Of a stretch of 64,000 bases of DNA, positions 21,862 through 31,450 are shown piece by piece (position 1 is the first letter of the stretch; each line of letters starts with the position of its first letter). Both the position numbers and the translations under genes were made by a program. Source of the DNA: an uncultured Chloroflexia bacterium (GTDB taxonomy: Bacteria > Chloroflexota > Limnocylindria > QHBO01); assembly GCA_963814375.1 (NCBI GenBank), contig CAWFCQ010000008.1, positions 416,001 to 480,000 of the forward strand. The letters are read 5' to 3'. The notes below the pieces were generated by a model, which had not been told where the DNA came from, did not search any database, and worked only from the letters and a program-made list of their open reading frames with translations.

Positions 21862-23907
21862 ATGGGCACCCGTCCCACCGACACATCGCACCTCTCGTCA
21901 GCGACCGGACCACGCACGACCACCCCCGTGCCGGAGCCACAGCTGCCCCGATTCACGCGCTGGCTTCGGCCAGTGGTCGACTGGGTGGCCCGCATCGACG
22001 CCAGCGTGCATCGCAAGCTGCTCTTCGGCTTCATGGCCGGTGCGCTCCTGCTGGTCGGGATGGCCGGCCTCAGCCTGCTGGTCATCGAGCGGATGGATGC
22101 CCGCATGCAGGAGCTCGATCGGGTCCAGGAGAAGTCGAGCCGCGCGCAGCAGGCCCTCTACTCCATCACGGCGCAGAGCCACTACCGCGCGATGGCGCTG
22201 CTGACGAACGACGAGGAGTGGAACGAGCGGATCGTCGTCGCCAAGGCGACCTTCGTCGACCTCGTCGACGCAATGGCCATCGACGAGCCCGATGACGCCG
22301 CCTTCTTCGCCGAGGTTCGCGAGGTCAACGAGGGCTTCAACGACTCGAGCGAGGCGGTCCTCGCGCTCTACGAGTCCGGTGACATCCCGGGCGCGACGCG
22401 ACTCCACATCGATGAGGAGCACACGGCATCCCACGTTCTCGAGGCCGAGATGCGTGAGCTGATCGACGCGGCGGTGCTCGAGGCGACGGCGGCCCGCGCC
22501 GCATTCGCCGACGACCGCACCCTGCTCGCGATCATCGTGGTCGCCTTCTCGGCGGCCAGCGTCGCGATTGCCATGAGCCTCGGCTTCGCGTTGTCGTGGG
22601 CGTTCATCCTGCCGGTACGCAAGATGGAGAGCGCGCTCGCGTCGATCACCAACGAGGACTTCAGCCAGCGCGTCGAGGTCCCGAATCGAGACGAGCTCGG
22701 CGGGCTTGCCCGAGACGTGAACGCGACGAGCGATCGGCTCGCCCAGCTGTTCGACGACCAACATGCGCTTGCGGCACGGCTCACCGCCACGAACGCCTCG
22801 CTTGCCCGGGCGAGCCAGGCGAAGTCGGAGTTCCTCGCAAGCGTGAGCCACGAGCTGCGCACGCCGATGAACGCCATCCTCGGCTTCACCGATGCCCTGC
22901 TGGCCGGCGTCGATGGACCGCTGAACGAGGAGCAGACGAGCTCGCTCGGCTGGGTCCAGCGTGGCGGCCGCGACCTGCTCGGCCTGATCAACGAGATCCT
23001 CGACCTGTCGAAGATCGAGGCCGGCAAGCTCGCCGTCGATCCGCAGCCATTCGACCCGGGCGAGCTGATCGAGTCGGTGGTGGCGCAGCACCGCTCACTG
23101 GCGGTGCAGAAGGGGATCAAGCTCCGCTGGGAGAGCCGCGGCACGCCGCCAGAGGTGATCCTCGACCCACAGCGGGTGCGGCAGATCCTCGTCAACCTGA
23201 TCGGCAACGCGCTCAAGTTCACCGAGCGCGGGGAGGTCACGGCGATCAGCGACGGTGATGCCGTCGGCCGGCTCCATGTCGCCATCCATGACACCGGGCC
23301 CGGCATTGACCCCGAGCAGCACGAGGCGATCTTCGAGGAGTTCGGCCAGGCTGGCCGCGACACGCCCGGGACGGGCCTCGGCCTCGCCATCAGCCGACGC
23401 CTGTCGCGGGTGATGGGCGGCGACGTGACGGTCGAGAGCCAGCTCGGGTCCGGAACGACCTTCCACCTGACCCTGCCGCTCGACTGCCGCCTCGTCGCCC
23501 CGGTGGCGGACGGGTCCGATGCCCCCGAGCCGGAGGGTGGCGAGCTGGTGCTGCTGAGCGTGGACGACGACCCATCGGTCGCGCCCCTGCTGCGCAAGAT
23601 GCTGACCGACCATGGCTACCGCGTCGTCGCCTCACCGAGCGCCCACGCCGCGGTTGACGATGCGCGACGGCTGCGCCCCGCCGCGATCCTCCTCGACGTC
23701 CTCATGCCCGGGCGTGGTGGCGACGAGATCCTGGCCGAGCTGAAGCAGGATCCCGCCACCAGCGGGATCCCGGTCATCATCCTCTCGGTGGTCGAGCCCT
23801 CGGAGGTCCCGTCGAGGGCAGAGGCACACCTCGGCAAGCCGGTGCGCAAGGATGCGCTGCTGCGCATCCTCGCCGAACAGGGAGCCGCCCCGGCGGGCCA
23901 GGTCTGA
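21862..23907 (+). CDS. Hybrid sensor histidine kinase (sensor-HAMP-HisKA-HATPase-REC); start uncertain
   Basis: Two TMs, HAMP, SHELRTPMNAI, NLIGNALKFT, GTGLGL, C-terminal REC. Confidence 0.92.
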   Translation: MGTRPTDTSHLSSATGPRTTTPVPEPQLPRFTRWLRPVVDWVARIDASVHRKLLFGFMAGALLLVGMAGLSLLVIERMDARMQELDRVQEKSSRAQQALYSITAQSHYRAMALLTNDEEWNERIVVAKATFVDLVDAMAIDEPDDAAFFAEVREVNEGFNDSSEAVLALYESGDIPGATRLHIDEEHTASHVLEAEMRELIDAAVLEATAARAAFADDRTLLAIIVVAFSAASVAIAMSLGFALSWAFILPVRKMESALASITNEDFSQRVEVPNRDELGGLARDVNATSDRLAQLFDDQHALAARLTATNASLARASQAKSEFLASVSHELRTPMNAILGFTDALLAGVDGPLNEEQTSSLGWVQRGGRDLLGLINEILDLSKIEAGKLAVDPQPFDPGELIESVVAQHRSLAVQKGIKLRWESRGTPPEVILDPQRVRQILVNLIGNALKFTERGEVTAISDGDAVGRLHVAIHDTGPGIDPEQHEAIFEEFGQAGRDTPGTGLGLAISRRLSRVMGGDVTVESQLGSGTTFHLTLPLDCRLVAPVADGSDAPEPEGGELVLLSVDDDPSVAPLLRKMLTDHGYRVVASPSAHAAVDDARRLRPAAILLDVLMPGRGGDEILAELKQDPATSGIPVIILSVVEPSEVPSRAEAHLGKPVRKDALLRILAEQGAAPAGQV

Positions 23908-24272
23908 TGGCGGTCATCGTGCTGGTCGAGGACACGCCCGCCAACCGGGCGCTCGCCACGAAGCTCCTGACGGCAGCCGGGCACGAGGTGATCACCGCCG
24001 GAACCGGGAACGATGGCGTCGCGCTCGTCGCCGAGCGCGCGCCGGACCTCGTGCTGATGGACCTCGGGCTGCCGGACATCGACGGCCAGGAGGCATTGCA
24101 TGCGATTCGCACCACCGTGCCCGGCGGTTCGACGCTCAAGGTGATTGCGTTCACCGCCCACGCGATGGTCGGCGACCGCGAACGTGCCCTCGAGGCCGGG
24201 TTCGATGGCTACCTCAGCAAGCCCATCGACTTCTCCACGTTCGCGGCGCGCGTCGAGGAGCTGCTGCCGTGA
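23907..24272 (+). CDS. Single-domain response regulator (DivK/CheY-like)
   Basis: LVED, LMDLGLP, FTAHAM, YLSKPID. Confidence 0.92.
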   Translation: MAVIVLVEDTPANRALATKLLTAAGHEVITAGTGNDGVALVAERAPDLVLMDLGLPDIDGQEALHAIRTTVPGGSTLKVIAFTAHAMVGDRERALEAGFDGYLSKPIDFSTFAARVEELLP

Positions 24273-25318
24273 AGCGCCCGCAGGCTCTCATCCTCGTCGT
24301 CGACGACGAGCCGGCCAACCGCGCGCTGCTGCGCAAGCTCCTGACCCACCACGGGTACGACGTCGTCGAGGCCGAGGACGGCGCGGGCGCGCTTGTCGCG
24401 GTCGAGGAGCACGACCCGGACCTGGTCTGCCTCGACGTCATGATGCCGCGCCCGGACGGCGTGGAGGTCTGCCAGCGGCTGCGCAGCCAGCCACGGCACG
24501 CCGGCCTGCCCATCCTCCTGCTCACCGCACTCGACCGCCCGGAGGATCGGGCCCGCGGGCTCGAGGCGGGCGCCAACGATTTCCTATCCAAGCCGTTCGA
24601 CGAGATCGAGCTCACCGCGAGGATTCGGTCACTGCTGCGCACGAAGGCACTGCAGGATCGGATCGGCGACCTCCTCGGCCAGTACGTGAGCGAGAGCGTC
24701 GCGGCCGAGGCCCTTAGAGATCCGTATGCCGTGGCACTCGGCGGCGACCGGCGCCATGCCACCGCCCTCTTCGCGGATGTCCGCGGCTACACCGCGCTCG
24801 CGGCCGAGCAGCCGCCCGAGGTGATCCTGGACCTGCTCAACAGCTACCTGACCGTGGTCATGGACGCGGTGGAAACCGAGGGCGGCACCGTGGCCGATCT
24901 CCTGGGCGACGGCATCTTCGCCTTCTTCGGCGCCCCCGTCATGCACTCGGACGATCCGGCGCGGGCGGTGCGAGCGGCGCTGGCGATGCAGGAAGCCGTC
25001 GCCTCGCTCGAGATTCCGTCGATGCCGGGCGTTCGCCTCCAGACCGGAATCGGCATCACCACGGGCGAGGTGATCGCCGGCAATATCGGGTCGGAGCGTC
25101 GCATGCACTACGCCATCGTGGGCGAGGCGGTGAACCTGGCCTCGCGGCTGCAGGCCGCCGCCGGACCCGGCCAGATCCTGATCGACGAGCCGACCCATGC
25201 GATCGTCGACGAGCTCGTCCAGGCGCAGGACCTCGGAAGCCTCAGGCTGACCGGCAAGGGAGCGTGGGTGCGGGCGTACAACGTTCTCGGTCTCGCACAC
25301 GCCGTGGTGACTCGGTAG
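24269..25318 (+). CDS. Receiver-class III nucleotidyl cyclase
   Basis: REC domain then LFADVRGYT, LLGDG, GNIGS, VNLASRL. Confidence 0.92.
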   Translation: MKRPQALILVVDDEPANRALLRKLLTHHGYDVVEAEDGAGALVAVEEHDPDLVCLDVMMPRPDGVEVCQRLRSQPRHAGLPILLLTALDRPEDRARGLEAGANDFLSKPFDEIELTARIRSLLRTKALQDRIGDLLGQYVSESVAAEALRDPYAVALGGDRRHATALFADVRGYTALAAEQPPEVILDLLNSYLTVVMDAVETEGGTVADLLGDGIFAFFGAPVMHSDDPARAVRAALAMQEAVASLEIPSMPGVRLQTGIGITTGEVIAGNIGSERRMHYAIVGEAVNLASRLQAAAGPGQILIDEPTHAIVDELVQAQDLGSLRLTGKGAWVRAYNVLGLAHAVVTR

Positions 25319-25327
25319 AGTCACGCG

Positions 25328-26482
25328 GTGCCCAGCCGCAGGGAGCCGATCGCGCCGCCGCTCCTGAAGATCGGGTGGCCCCAGGCGCTCGCGTGGCGGA
25401 TGAGGCGCCAGCTACTGGATCCCGTGGGCAGCCTCTCGGTCCCCGATGTGGTTCGTCGGCTCGGCGGGGTCCAGTCACAGGTCGCCTCGTCAGCCGAGCT
25501 CGCCGTGCGAGTGCGTCGGCGCTCATCGGCCAAGGGAGAAGTGGCTCGCGCGCTCGCCGACGGCAGGTTGATCAAGACCTGGGCCATGCGGGGAGCGCTC
25601 CATCTGCTGACGCCGGAGGATGGCGGCGCCTTCCTCGCGCTGATGGCCGCGGGGCGCTCCTGGGAACGGCCGAGCTGGCAGCGAGCCTTCGGCGTCACGA
25701 CGTCGTCGATGGATCGGTTCCGCGCCGTCGTGCGGGAAGCGCTCGACGGGACCAGCCTCACTCGAGAGGAGCTTGTGGCCGTGGCGCGGGCGGATCCAGG
25801 CCTCCGGCGCATGGCCGACGGCCTCGGCTCCGGCTGGGGAACGCTGCTCAAGCCCCTGGCGTGGCAGGGTGAGCTGTGCTTCGGTCCCAGCCAGGGAACC
25901 CGCGTCACATTCATGCGGCCGGACGACGCGAGCCCGCGATGGGCCGGCCTGCCCGATCCGGAGGACGCGGCTCCCGCCGCGATCGAGACGTACCTGCGCG
26001 CCTACGGACCGGCCGACGGCGAGGCCTTCGGCCGCTGGCTTTCCGGGGGCTGGTTCGGGAAGCGGCAGCTCCGCGCCTGGTTCGATGCCCTCGGCGACCG
26101 CCTCGCCCAGGTCGAGGTCGGCGGAGAGGCCGCGTTCGTGCTCGCCGAGGACCTCGACGACCTCGCGGCGACGCGTCCCAGCCGGGCCGTGCGGCTCCTG
26201 CCGGGATTCGACCAGTTCGTCCTTGGCCCGGGCACCAACGACGGCCATGTCACGGCGCCCGAGCGTCGGACCGCTGTGAGCCGTCAGAGCGGCTGGATCG
26301 CGCCGGTCGTGGTCCGCGGCGGCGCGGTGAGCGGGACGTGGCAGCTGGAGAAGGATCGAGTCACGGTCGAGTGGTTCGCGGAGGCCGGCCGCGTGCCGCG
26401 GAGCGCCCTGGCGGACGAGGTCGCGCGCCTCGCGTCGATCCTGGACCGACAGCTCGACTCCACCGTCGCGGTCGTCAGCTGA
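25328..26482 (+). CDS. AlkZ/HTH_42-family DNA glycosylase-like protein
   Basis: GGVQSQ, WAMRGALH, YLRAYGP, LLPGFDQ. Confidence 0.85.
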   Translation: MPSRREPIAPPLLKIGWPQALAWRMRRQLLDPVGSLSVPDVVRRLGGVQSQVASSAELAVRVRRRSSAKGEVARALADGRLIKTWAMRGALHLLTPEDGGAFLALMAAGRSWERPSWQRAFGVTTSSMDRFRAVVREALDGTSLTREELVAVARADPGLRRMADGLGSGWGTLLKPLAWQGELCFGPSQGTRVTFMRPDDASPRWAGLPDPEDAAPAAIETYLRAYGPADGEAFGRWLSGGWFGKRQLRAWFDALGDRLAQVEVGGEAAFVLAEDLDDLAATRPSRAVRLLPGFDQFVLGPGTNDGHVTAPERRTAVSRQSGWIAPVVVRGGAVSGTWQLEKDRVTVEWFAEAGRVPRSALADEVARLASILDRQLDSTVAVVS

Positions 26483-26514
26483 GATCCGCGCGGCGGCTGA
26501 GGGACAATCGGGTC

Positions 26515-27024
26515 ATGAGCACGCAGTCTCCCGGCGTCGGCCAGCCGCGCATCGACCGCCCCGGCATCCCGGCCTCGTACGGAGTGACGAAGGCGACGCG
26601 CTACGTCGATTGGAGCCACATCGAGGAGCGATTGGCGGCCGACCGCATCTACTGGATCGCGACGTCCGCAGCAGACGCTCGTCCGCGTGTCCGCCCGGTG
26701 GACGGCCTGTACCTCGACGGTGTCATCTACGTCGGCGGGAGCCCGGAGACGCGCTGGGTCCGTCACGTGCGGTCCAACCCGAACGTCTCGCTCCACCTCG
26801 ACGGCGTCGATGACGTCGTCATCGTCGAGGGCGTGGCCGAGGTGCTGACCGACATTCCCGAGGACCTTGCAGCCCGCCTCGCCGCCGCCTCGAACGAGAA
26901 GTTCCCCGAATACGCCATGACGCCAGCGTTCTACCGCGACAACGGCGCCATCGCCGTGCGTCCGCAGACGGTCATCGCCTGGACCGACGTGACGAAGGAC
27001 CCGACGCGCTTCCGGTTCGGCTGA
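26515..27024 (+). CDS. Pyridoxamine 5'-phosphate oxidase-like (PPOX) protein
   Basis: YWIATS...PRVRPV...NPNVSLHL...VVIVEG. Confidence 0.85.
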   Translation: MSTQSPGVGQPRIDRPGIPASYGVTKATRYVDWSHIEERLAADRIYWIATSAADARPRVRPVDGLYLDGVIYVGGSPETRWVRHVRSNPNVSLHLDGVDDVVIVEGVAEVLTDIPEDLAARLAAASNEKFPEYAMTPAFYRDNGAIAVRPQTVIAWTDVTKDPTRFRFG

Positions 27025-27033
27025 TTCCGCGGG

Positions 27034-27456
27034 TCAGATCGGAAGCAGCACCGCCACGATGCCGACGAGGCTCCCGATGGCGAACGACATGAGGCCGATC
27101 TGGCGCGACCGGCGCCGGTCGCGCGCTTGCGCATCGGCATCGGCGACCGCCTCGGTGGCGCCGGCGCGGCCGAAGTTGAAGACACCCTGCGAGCCGTATG
27201 CCGCGCAGAACTTGAAGTGCGCCTGGAGGTAGCCGGACGCCGAGACCGCGGCCGGCAGAATGAGCGTCAGGCGCGCCAGCGGGGGAGCGTCAATCGCGAC
27301 CAGAGCTGTCAGCAGACCCAGGCTCAGCAAGGCGCCGACGTGGCCCGCCTTGCGGCGCCGGGCGATCTCGGCCGGGCCGATGTTGCAGGTGCCGGGGACG
27401 TAGTGGTCGGCACCGGCGATCGGTGCCGCGTCACGCGCGAAGGTGGAAGCAGTCAA
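27034..27456 (-). CDS. Membrane hypothetical protein (start uncertain)
   Basis: YVPGTCNIG...FKFCAAYG with TM helices. Confidence 0.65.
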   Translation of the reverse strand: MTASTFARDAAPIAGADHYVPGTCNIGPAEIARRRKAGHVGALLSLGLLTALVAIDAPPLARLTLILPAAVSASGYLQAHFKFCAAYGSQGVFNFGRAGATEAVADADAQARDRRRSRQIGLMSFAIGSLVGIVAVLLPI

Positions 27457-27487
27457 TGCGAGGTCTCCAGGGCGGTCAAGAAGGGGC

Positions 27488-27514
27488 CGATGAGATTCGC
27501 GGCAATCGCCGGTC
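27488..27514 (+). promoter_or_regulatory. CGATGA-N18-GTC ECF-type promoter
   Basis: Same motif and spacing as at 33668, 41685, 48889 and 53924. Confidence 0.6.
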
Positions 27515-27568
27515 GGACAAGCATGCCACGATCCCGGGTTGGCCACCGGAATGCAGGAAGGAAACGAT

Positions 27569-27946
27569 ATGAGCATGAACTTCAACAGCATCCTGATCGG
27601 GTCGGAGGACCCGAAGCGTCTGAGCGACTACTACACCAAGCTTTTCGGTGAGCCCACGTGGAGCGACGGAGGTTACGTCGGCTGGCTGATCGGCTCCGGG
27701 GCGGTCACCGTCGGTCCGCACGACGAGGTGAGCGGCAAGAGCACGCATCCGGGCCGGATCATCTGGAACATCGAGAGTGCCGACGTGCAGGGTGACTTCG
27801 ATCGCCTCAAGGCGGCCGGGGCGATCGTCGTACGCGAGCCGTACGGCTTCGAGGAAGCTCCCGGCTCCCTGATTGCCACCCTGGCCGACCCTGACGACAA
27901 CTACTTCCAGCTGATGACCCCGATGGAGCCGAACCAGGCTTCCTGA
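27569..27946 (+). CDS. VOC/glyoxalase family protein
   Basis: RLSDYYTKLFG...LADPDDNYFQL. Confidence 0.88.
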   Translation: MSMNFNSILIGSEDPKRLSDYYTKLFGEPTWSDGGYVGWLIGSGAVTVGPHDEVSGKSTHPGRIIWNIESADVQGDFDRLKAAGAIVVREPYGFEEAPGSLIATLADPDDNYFQLMTPMEPNQAS

Positions 27947-28043
27947 TCCTCGACGACCGAACGGGCCCGAACCTTGCTGGTGATCCACCGAATCCGTGGA
28001 TAGACACGCCATCCCGAGCTGAAGAGTAGGGAGGTTGGTCGAG

Positions 28044-29093
28044 ATGGGACACAGGCAACCGCTCACGAGTCGCTTCAGGCTCGGGGCCGTGGCCGCGGGC
28101 GCGATCCTCGTGCTGGCGGCATGCACCGCGGACGAGGGATCGGGCTCGGAGCCCGCCGGCAGCGATGGCGGCGGCGGTGACGCGGGTGGCTACCCGGATG
28201 GCAGCATCACGTTCATCGTGCCGTTCGCGGCAGGCGGTCCGACCGATACCGTCACCCGCCTGATTGCCGAGCCGATGGCGGCAGAGCTCGGCGTCGAGAT
28301 CGTCGTGCAGAACGTCGAGGGCGCCGGTGGCACCGTCGCCGCCGACCAGGTCGCCAACGCCGAACCCGACGGCTACACCGTGCTGATGCACCACATCGGG
28401 ATGTCGACAGCTCCGACGCTCTATCCCGAGCTGCCGTATGACCCGCTGACCAGCTTCGAGACGGTCGGGCTGGTGACCGAGGTGCCGATGACCTTCATCG
28501 GCAGCCCGAACTTCGAGCCGGAGACGATGGAAGAGCTCATCACCTACGTCGAGGAGAACCTCGATACGGTGACGTATGCGAACGCCGGTGTCGGCGCCGC
28601 GTCGCAGCTGTGCGGCCTGCTGTTCGAGACGGCGACCGGGCTCGACCTGACCGAGGTACCGTACGACGGAACCGGTCCGGCAATGGATGACCTCCTCGGC
28701 GACCAGGTCGACTTCATGTGCGACCAGACCACGAACACCTCCGAGCCGATCCTCGGGGATCAGGTGAAGGCGTACGCGGTCACCACGCCGGAGCGGGTCG
28801 AGACCCTCCCGGACGTGCCGACCACCGAGGAAGCCGGGCTGGGCGATCTCCAGGTGAGCGTCTGGCACGGCCTCTACGTGCCGGCCGAAACGCCGCAGGA
28901 GGTCGTCGATGCCCTGAACGCGGCCCTGCTGGTGGCGCTCGCCGACGAGACCGTCATCACGCGGCTCGCGGAGCTCGGGACGGCTCCGGTCCCGGCGGAT
29001 CGAGCCACGCCGGCGGCGCACACCGAGCAGCTCGAGTCGCAGATCGAGCTGTGGAGGCCGATCATCGAGGATGCCGGCGTGACCGCCGGCTAG
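28044..29093 (+). CDS. tctC: Tripartite tricarboxylate transporter substrate-binding lipoprotein
   Basis: LAAC lipobox; VPFAAGGPTD, NVEGAGG, VPYDGTGPA. Confidence 0.92.
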   Translation: MGHRQPLTSRFRLGAVAAGAILVLAACTADEGSGSEPAGSDGGGGDAGGYPDGSITFIVPFAAGGPTDTVTRLIAEPMAAELGVEIVVQNVEGAGGTVAADQVANAEPDGYTVLMHHIGMSTAPTLYPELPYDPLTSFETVGLVTEVPMTFIGSPNFEPETMEELITYVEENLDTVTYANAGVGAASQLCGLLFETATGLDLTEVPYDGTGPAMDDLLGDQVDFMCDQTTNTSEPILGDQVKAYAVTTPERVETLPDVPTTEEAGLGDLQVSVWHGLYVPAETPQEVVDALNAALLVALADETVITRLAELGTAPVPADRATPAAHTEQLESQIELWRPIIEDAGVTAG

Positions 29094-29107
29094 CGCAGCC
29101 GATTTAG

Positions 29108-29135
29108 GATGGGGCGGCGACCACGCCGCCCCATC
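29108..29135 (+). terminator. Intercistronic hairpin after tctC
   Basis: gatggggcggcg-acca-cgccgccccatc, 12-bp stem. Confidence 0.6.
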
Positions 29136-29160
29136 GGTCTATCAGGAGGAGTGGAGGCAG

Positions 29161-29625
29161 GTGCCGACGGTCCGCCGCGCGCTCAAGGACATCCTGGCCG
29201 GCGCGATCTTCATCGCGTTCGGCCTTGCCTTCTCGATCGGCGCCCTCGCCTACGACCTCGGCTCGCCGCTCAACATGGGTGCGGGCTACGTCCCGCTGGC
29301 GTTGGGGCTCGTGCTCATCGGCCTCGGCGCCATCATCGCCGTCAAGGGCTTCATTGCCGGCGAGGGCGAGCCGATCGGCACGGTCGACTGGCGGGCCGTC
29401 ATCCTGATCACGGCCTCGCTCCTCTTCTTCGGAATCACGGTCAGGGGCCTCGGCGTCGTCGGAGCGCTGTTCGGCGCGATCCTCATGGCCGCGCTGGCTC
29501 GCTCGGCCACCAGCTGGCGGGAGGCGCTGCTCATCGCCGGCGCGTTGACCCTCGTGTCGGTCCTCATCTTCGTCGTCGCCCTCCAGCTGCGGGTGCCGCT
29601 GGTCGGCCCGTGGATCCCGGTCTAG
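29161..29625 (+). CDS. tctB: TctB family small membrane subunit
   Basis: MGAGYVP motif, multi-TM, lies between tctC and tctA. Confidence 0.88.
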   Translation: MPTVRRALKDILAGAIFIAFGLAFSIGALAYDLGSPLNMGAGYVPLALGLVLIGLGAIIAVKGFIAGEGEPIGTVDWRAVILITASLLFFGITVRGLGVVGALFGAILMAALARSATSWREALLIAGALTLVSVLIFVVALQLRVPLVGPWIPV

Positions 29626-29634
29626 GCACGGGCG

Positions 29635-31143
29635 ATGGAGCTCTTCGGCAACCTCGCGCTCGGACTCGAGACCGCGCTGACTCCCGAGAACCTGCTCTAC
29701 TGCTTCATCGGCGTCGTGCTCGGCACCGCGGTCGGGGTGCTGCCGGGGATTGGCCCGACGGCCACGATCGCGCTGCTGCTGCCGATCACCTTCACGCTCG
29801 AGCCGGTCACGGCGCTCATCATGCTGGCCGGCATCTACTACGGCGCGCAGTACGGCGGCTCGACGACGGCGATCCTCATCAACCTGCCGGGGGAGTCGTC
29901 GGCGGCGGTCACCGCGATCGACGGGCACGAGATGGCGCGCAAGGGTCGGGCAGGGCCGGCGCTGGCCACCGCCGCCATCGGCTCGTTCATCGCGGGGACG
30001 GTCGGAACGATCGTCCTCGTTCTCTTCGCGCCGCCGCTGGCTGCCGTGGCGCTCACGTTCGGGTCGCCGGAGTTCTTCAGCCTGGTCGTGCTCGGATTGA
30101 TCGCGTCGATCGCCCTGGCCAGCGGGTCGACCGTCAAGGCGCTGGCGATGATCGTCCTCGGACTGCTGCTCGGCACGATCGGCTATGACACCTTCACCCT
30201 CACGCCACGCTTCACGTTCGGAGTGCGCGAGCTGTACGACGGCATCAACTTCGTCTCGGTGGCGGTCGGCATGTTCGGCATCGCCGAGATCCTGCGCAAC
30301 CTGGAAGGCGAGCAGACGCGCATGGTGGTCACCAAGGCGATCTCCAACCTGTGGCCGAGCGGCAAGGACTTCCGCCGCATGTCGATGCCGATCGTCCGCG
30401 GCACCGCGCTCGGATCGGTGCTCGGGATCCTTCCCGGTGCCGGCCACGTGCTCGCCTCGTTCGGTGCCTACTCGATCGAGAAGCGGCTGAGCAAGAACCC
30501 CGCGGAGTTCGGCCACGGCGCAATCGAGGGCGTCGCGGCTCCGGAGTCGGCGAACAACGCCGCTGCCCAGACGTCGTTCATCCCACTGCTGACGCTGGGG
30601 CTGCCGGCGCATCCGGTCATGGCGCTCATGATCGGCGCCTTCATCATCCACGGCATCCAGCCCGGACCGAACGTGATCAGGACCCAGCCGGAGCTGTTCT
30701 GGGGCCTGATCGTGTCGATGTGGATCGGCAACCTGTTCCTGATCCTGCTCAACCTGCCGCTCATCGGGATCTGGGTCCGGATGCTGACGATCCCCTACAA
30801 GATCCTGTATCCGGCGATCATCGCCTTCGCCTCGATCGGCACGTACTCGCTCGGCCTGAATCCATGGCACGTCTTCGCGATCGCCTTCTTCGGGCTGCTC
30901 GGCTACTTCCTCATCAAGCTCGGCTGCGAACCGGCGCCATTGCTGCTCGGCTTCGTGCTCGGGCCGCTGCTGGAAGACCACCTGCGACGCTCGCTGATCA
31001 TCTCGCGCGGCGACCTGTCGATCTTCGTCACCCGACCGGTCTCGGCGATCCTGCTGATGATGGCCGTCGCGGCGATCGTGATCGCCGTGCTGCCCGCAAT
31101 TCGAGAGGGGAGGGAGATGGTCTTCGTGGAGGAGGAGCCCTAG
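29635..31143 (+). CDS. tctA: TctA family large permease
   Basis: GVLPGIGP, YGAQYGGS, APESANNA. Confidence 0.95.
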   Translation: MELFGNLALGLETALTPENLLYCFIGVVLGTAVGVLPGIGPTATIALLLPITFTLEPVTALIMLAGIYYGAQYGGSTTAILINLPGESSAAVTAIDGHEMARKGRAGPALATAAIGSFIAGTVGTIVLVLFAPPLAAVALTFGSPEFFSLVVLGLIASIALASGSTVKALAMIVLGLLLGTIGYDTFTLTPRFTFGVRELYDGINFVSVAVGMFGIAEILRNLEGEQTRMVVTKAISNLWPSGKDFRRMSMPIVRGTALGSVLGILPGAGHVLASFGAYSIEKRLSKNPAEFGHGAIEGVAAPESANNAAAQTSFIPLLTLGLPAHPVMALMIGAFIIHGIQPGPNVIRTQPELFWGLIVSMWIGNLFLILLNLPLIGIWVRMLTIPYKILYPAIIAFASIGTYSLGLNPWHVFAIAFFGLLGYFLIKLGCEPAPLLLGFVLGPLLEDHLRRSLIISRGDLSIFVTRPVSAILLMMAVAAIVIAVLPAIREGREMVFVEEEP

Positions 31144-31440
31144 AGCTCGAGGGCCGACACCCAGGTGGTCGTCTGCTCCTCGATCAGCTCCGCGGGATCC
31201 GGGCTGAGCGCGGCCCGCTCGGGCGAGTCGTGGTATCGGCGGTCAGCCGCCTCGAATGCGGCGATGTCGCCGGGGTGCTCGAGCAGCCAGAGGAAGGTGC
31301 TGGTGGCATCCTGCCGTCCACGCGTGGGGCACGCTGAAGCCGATCGAGTGCCGGATCGGCAGAATCCCGCGCCTCCACGCGCCGACGAAGTCCTCGAGCG
31401 AACCATCTCGGATCCGGTACTCGCGCAGCTGGGTCGCCAT
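31140..31440 (-). CDS. NIPSNAP-like protein (frameshifted)
   Basis: QLREYRIRDG...GFSVPHAW, then FLWLLEH...YHDSPERAALSPDP in another frame. Confidence 0.7.
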
Positions 31441-31450
31441 CGGCGCCAGT

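Noticed and set aside
27983-28001. atccac-N7-gtggat IclR-like operator upstream of tctC
   Set aside because: Only 6-bp arms and no such regulator nearby; too weak to call.
29104-30981. Long antisense or alternative-frame ORFs (also 16135..17811, 36993..38939 and others)
   Set aside because: Arg/Ala/Pro-rich shadows of well-supported genes, expected at this GC content.
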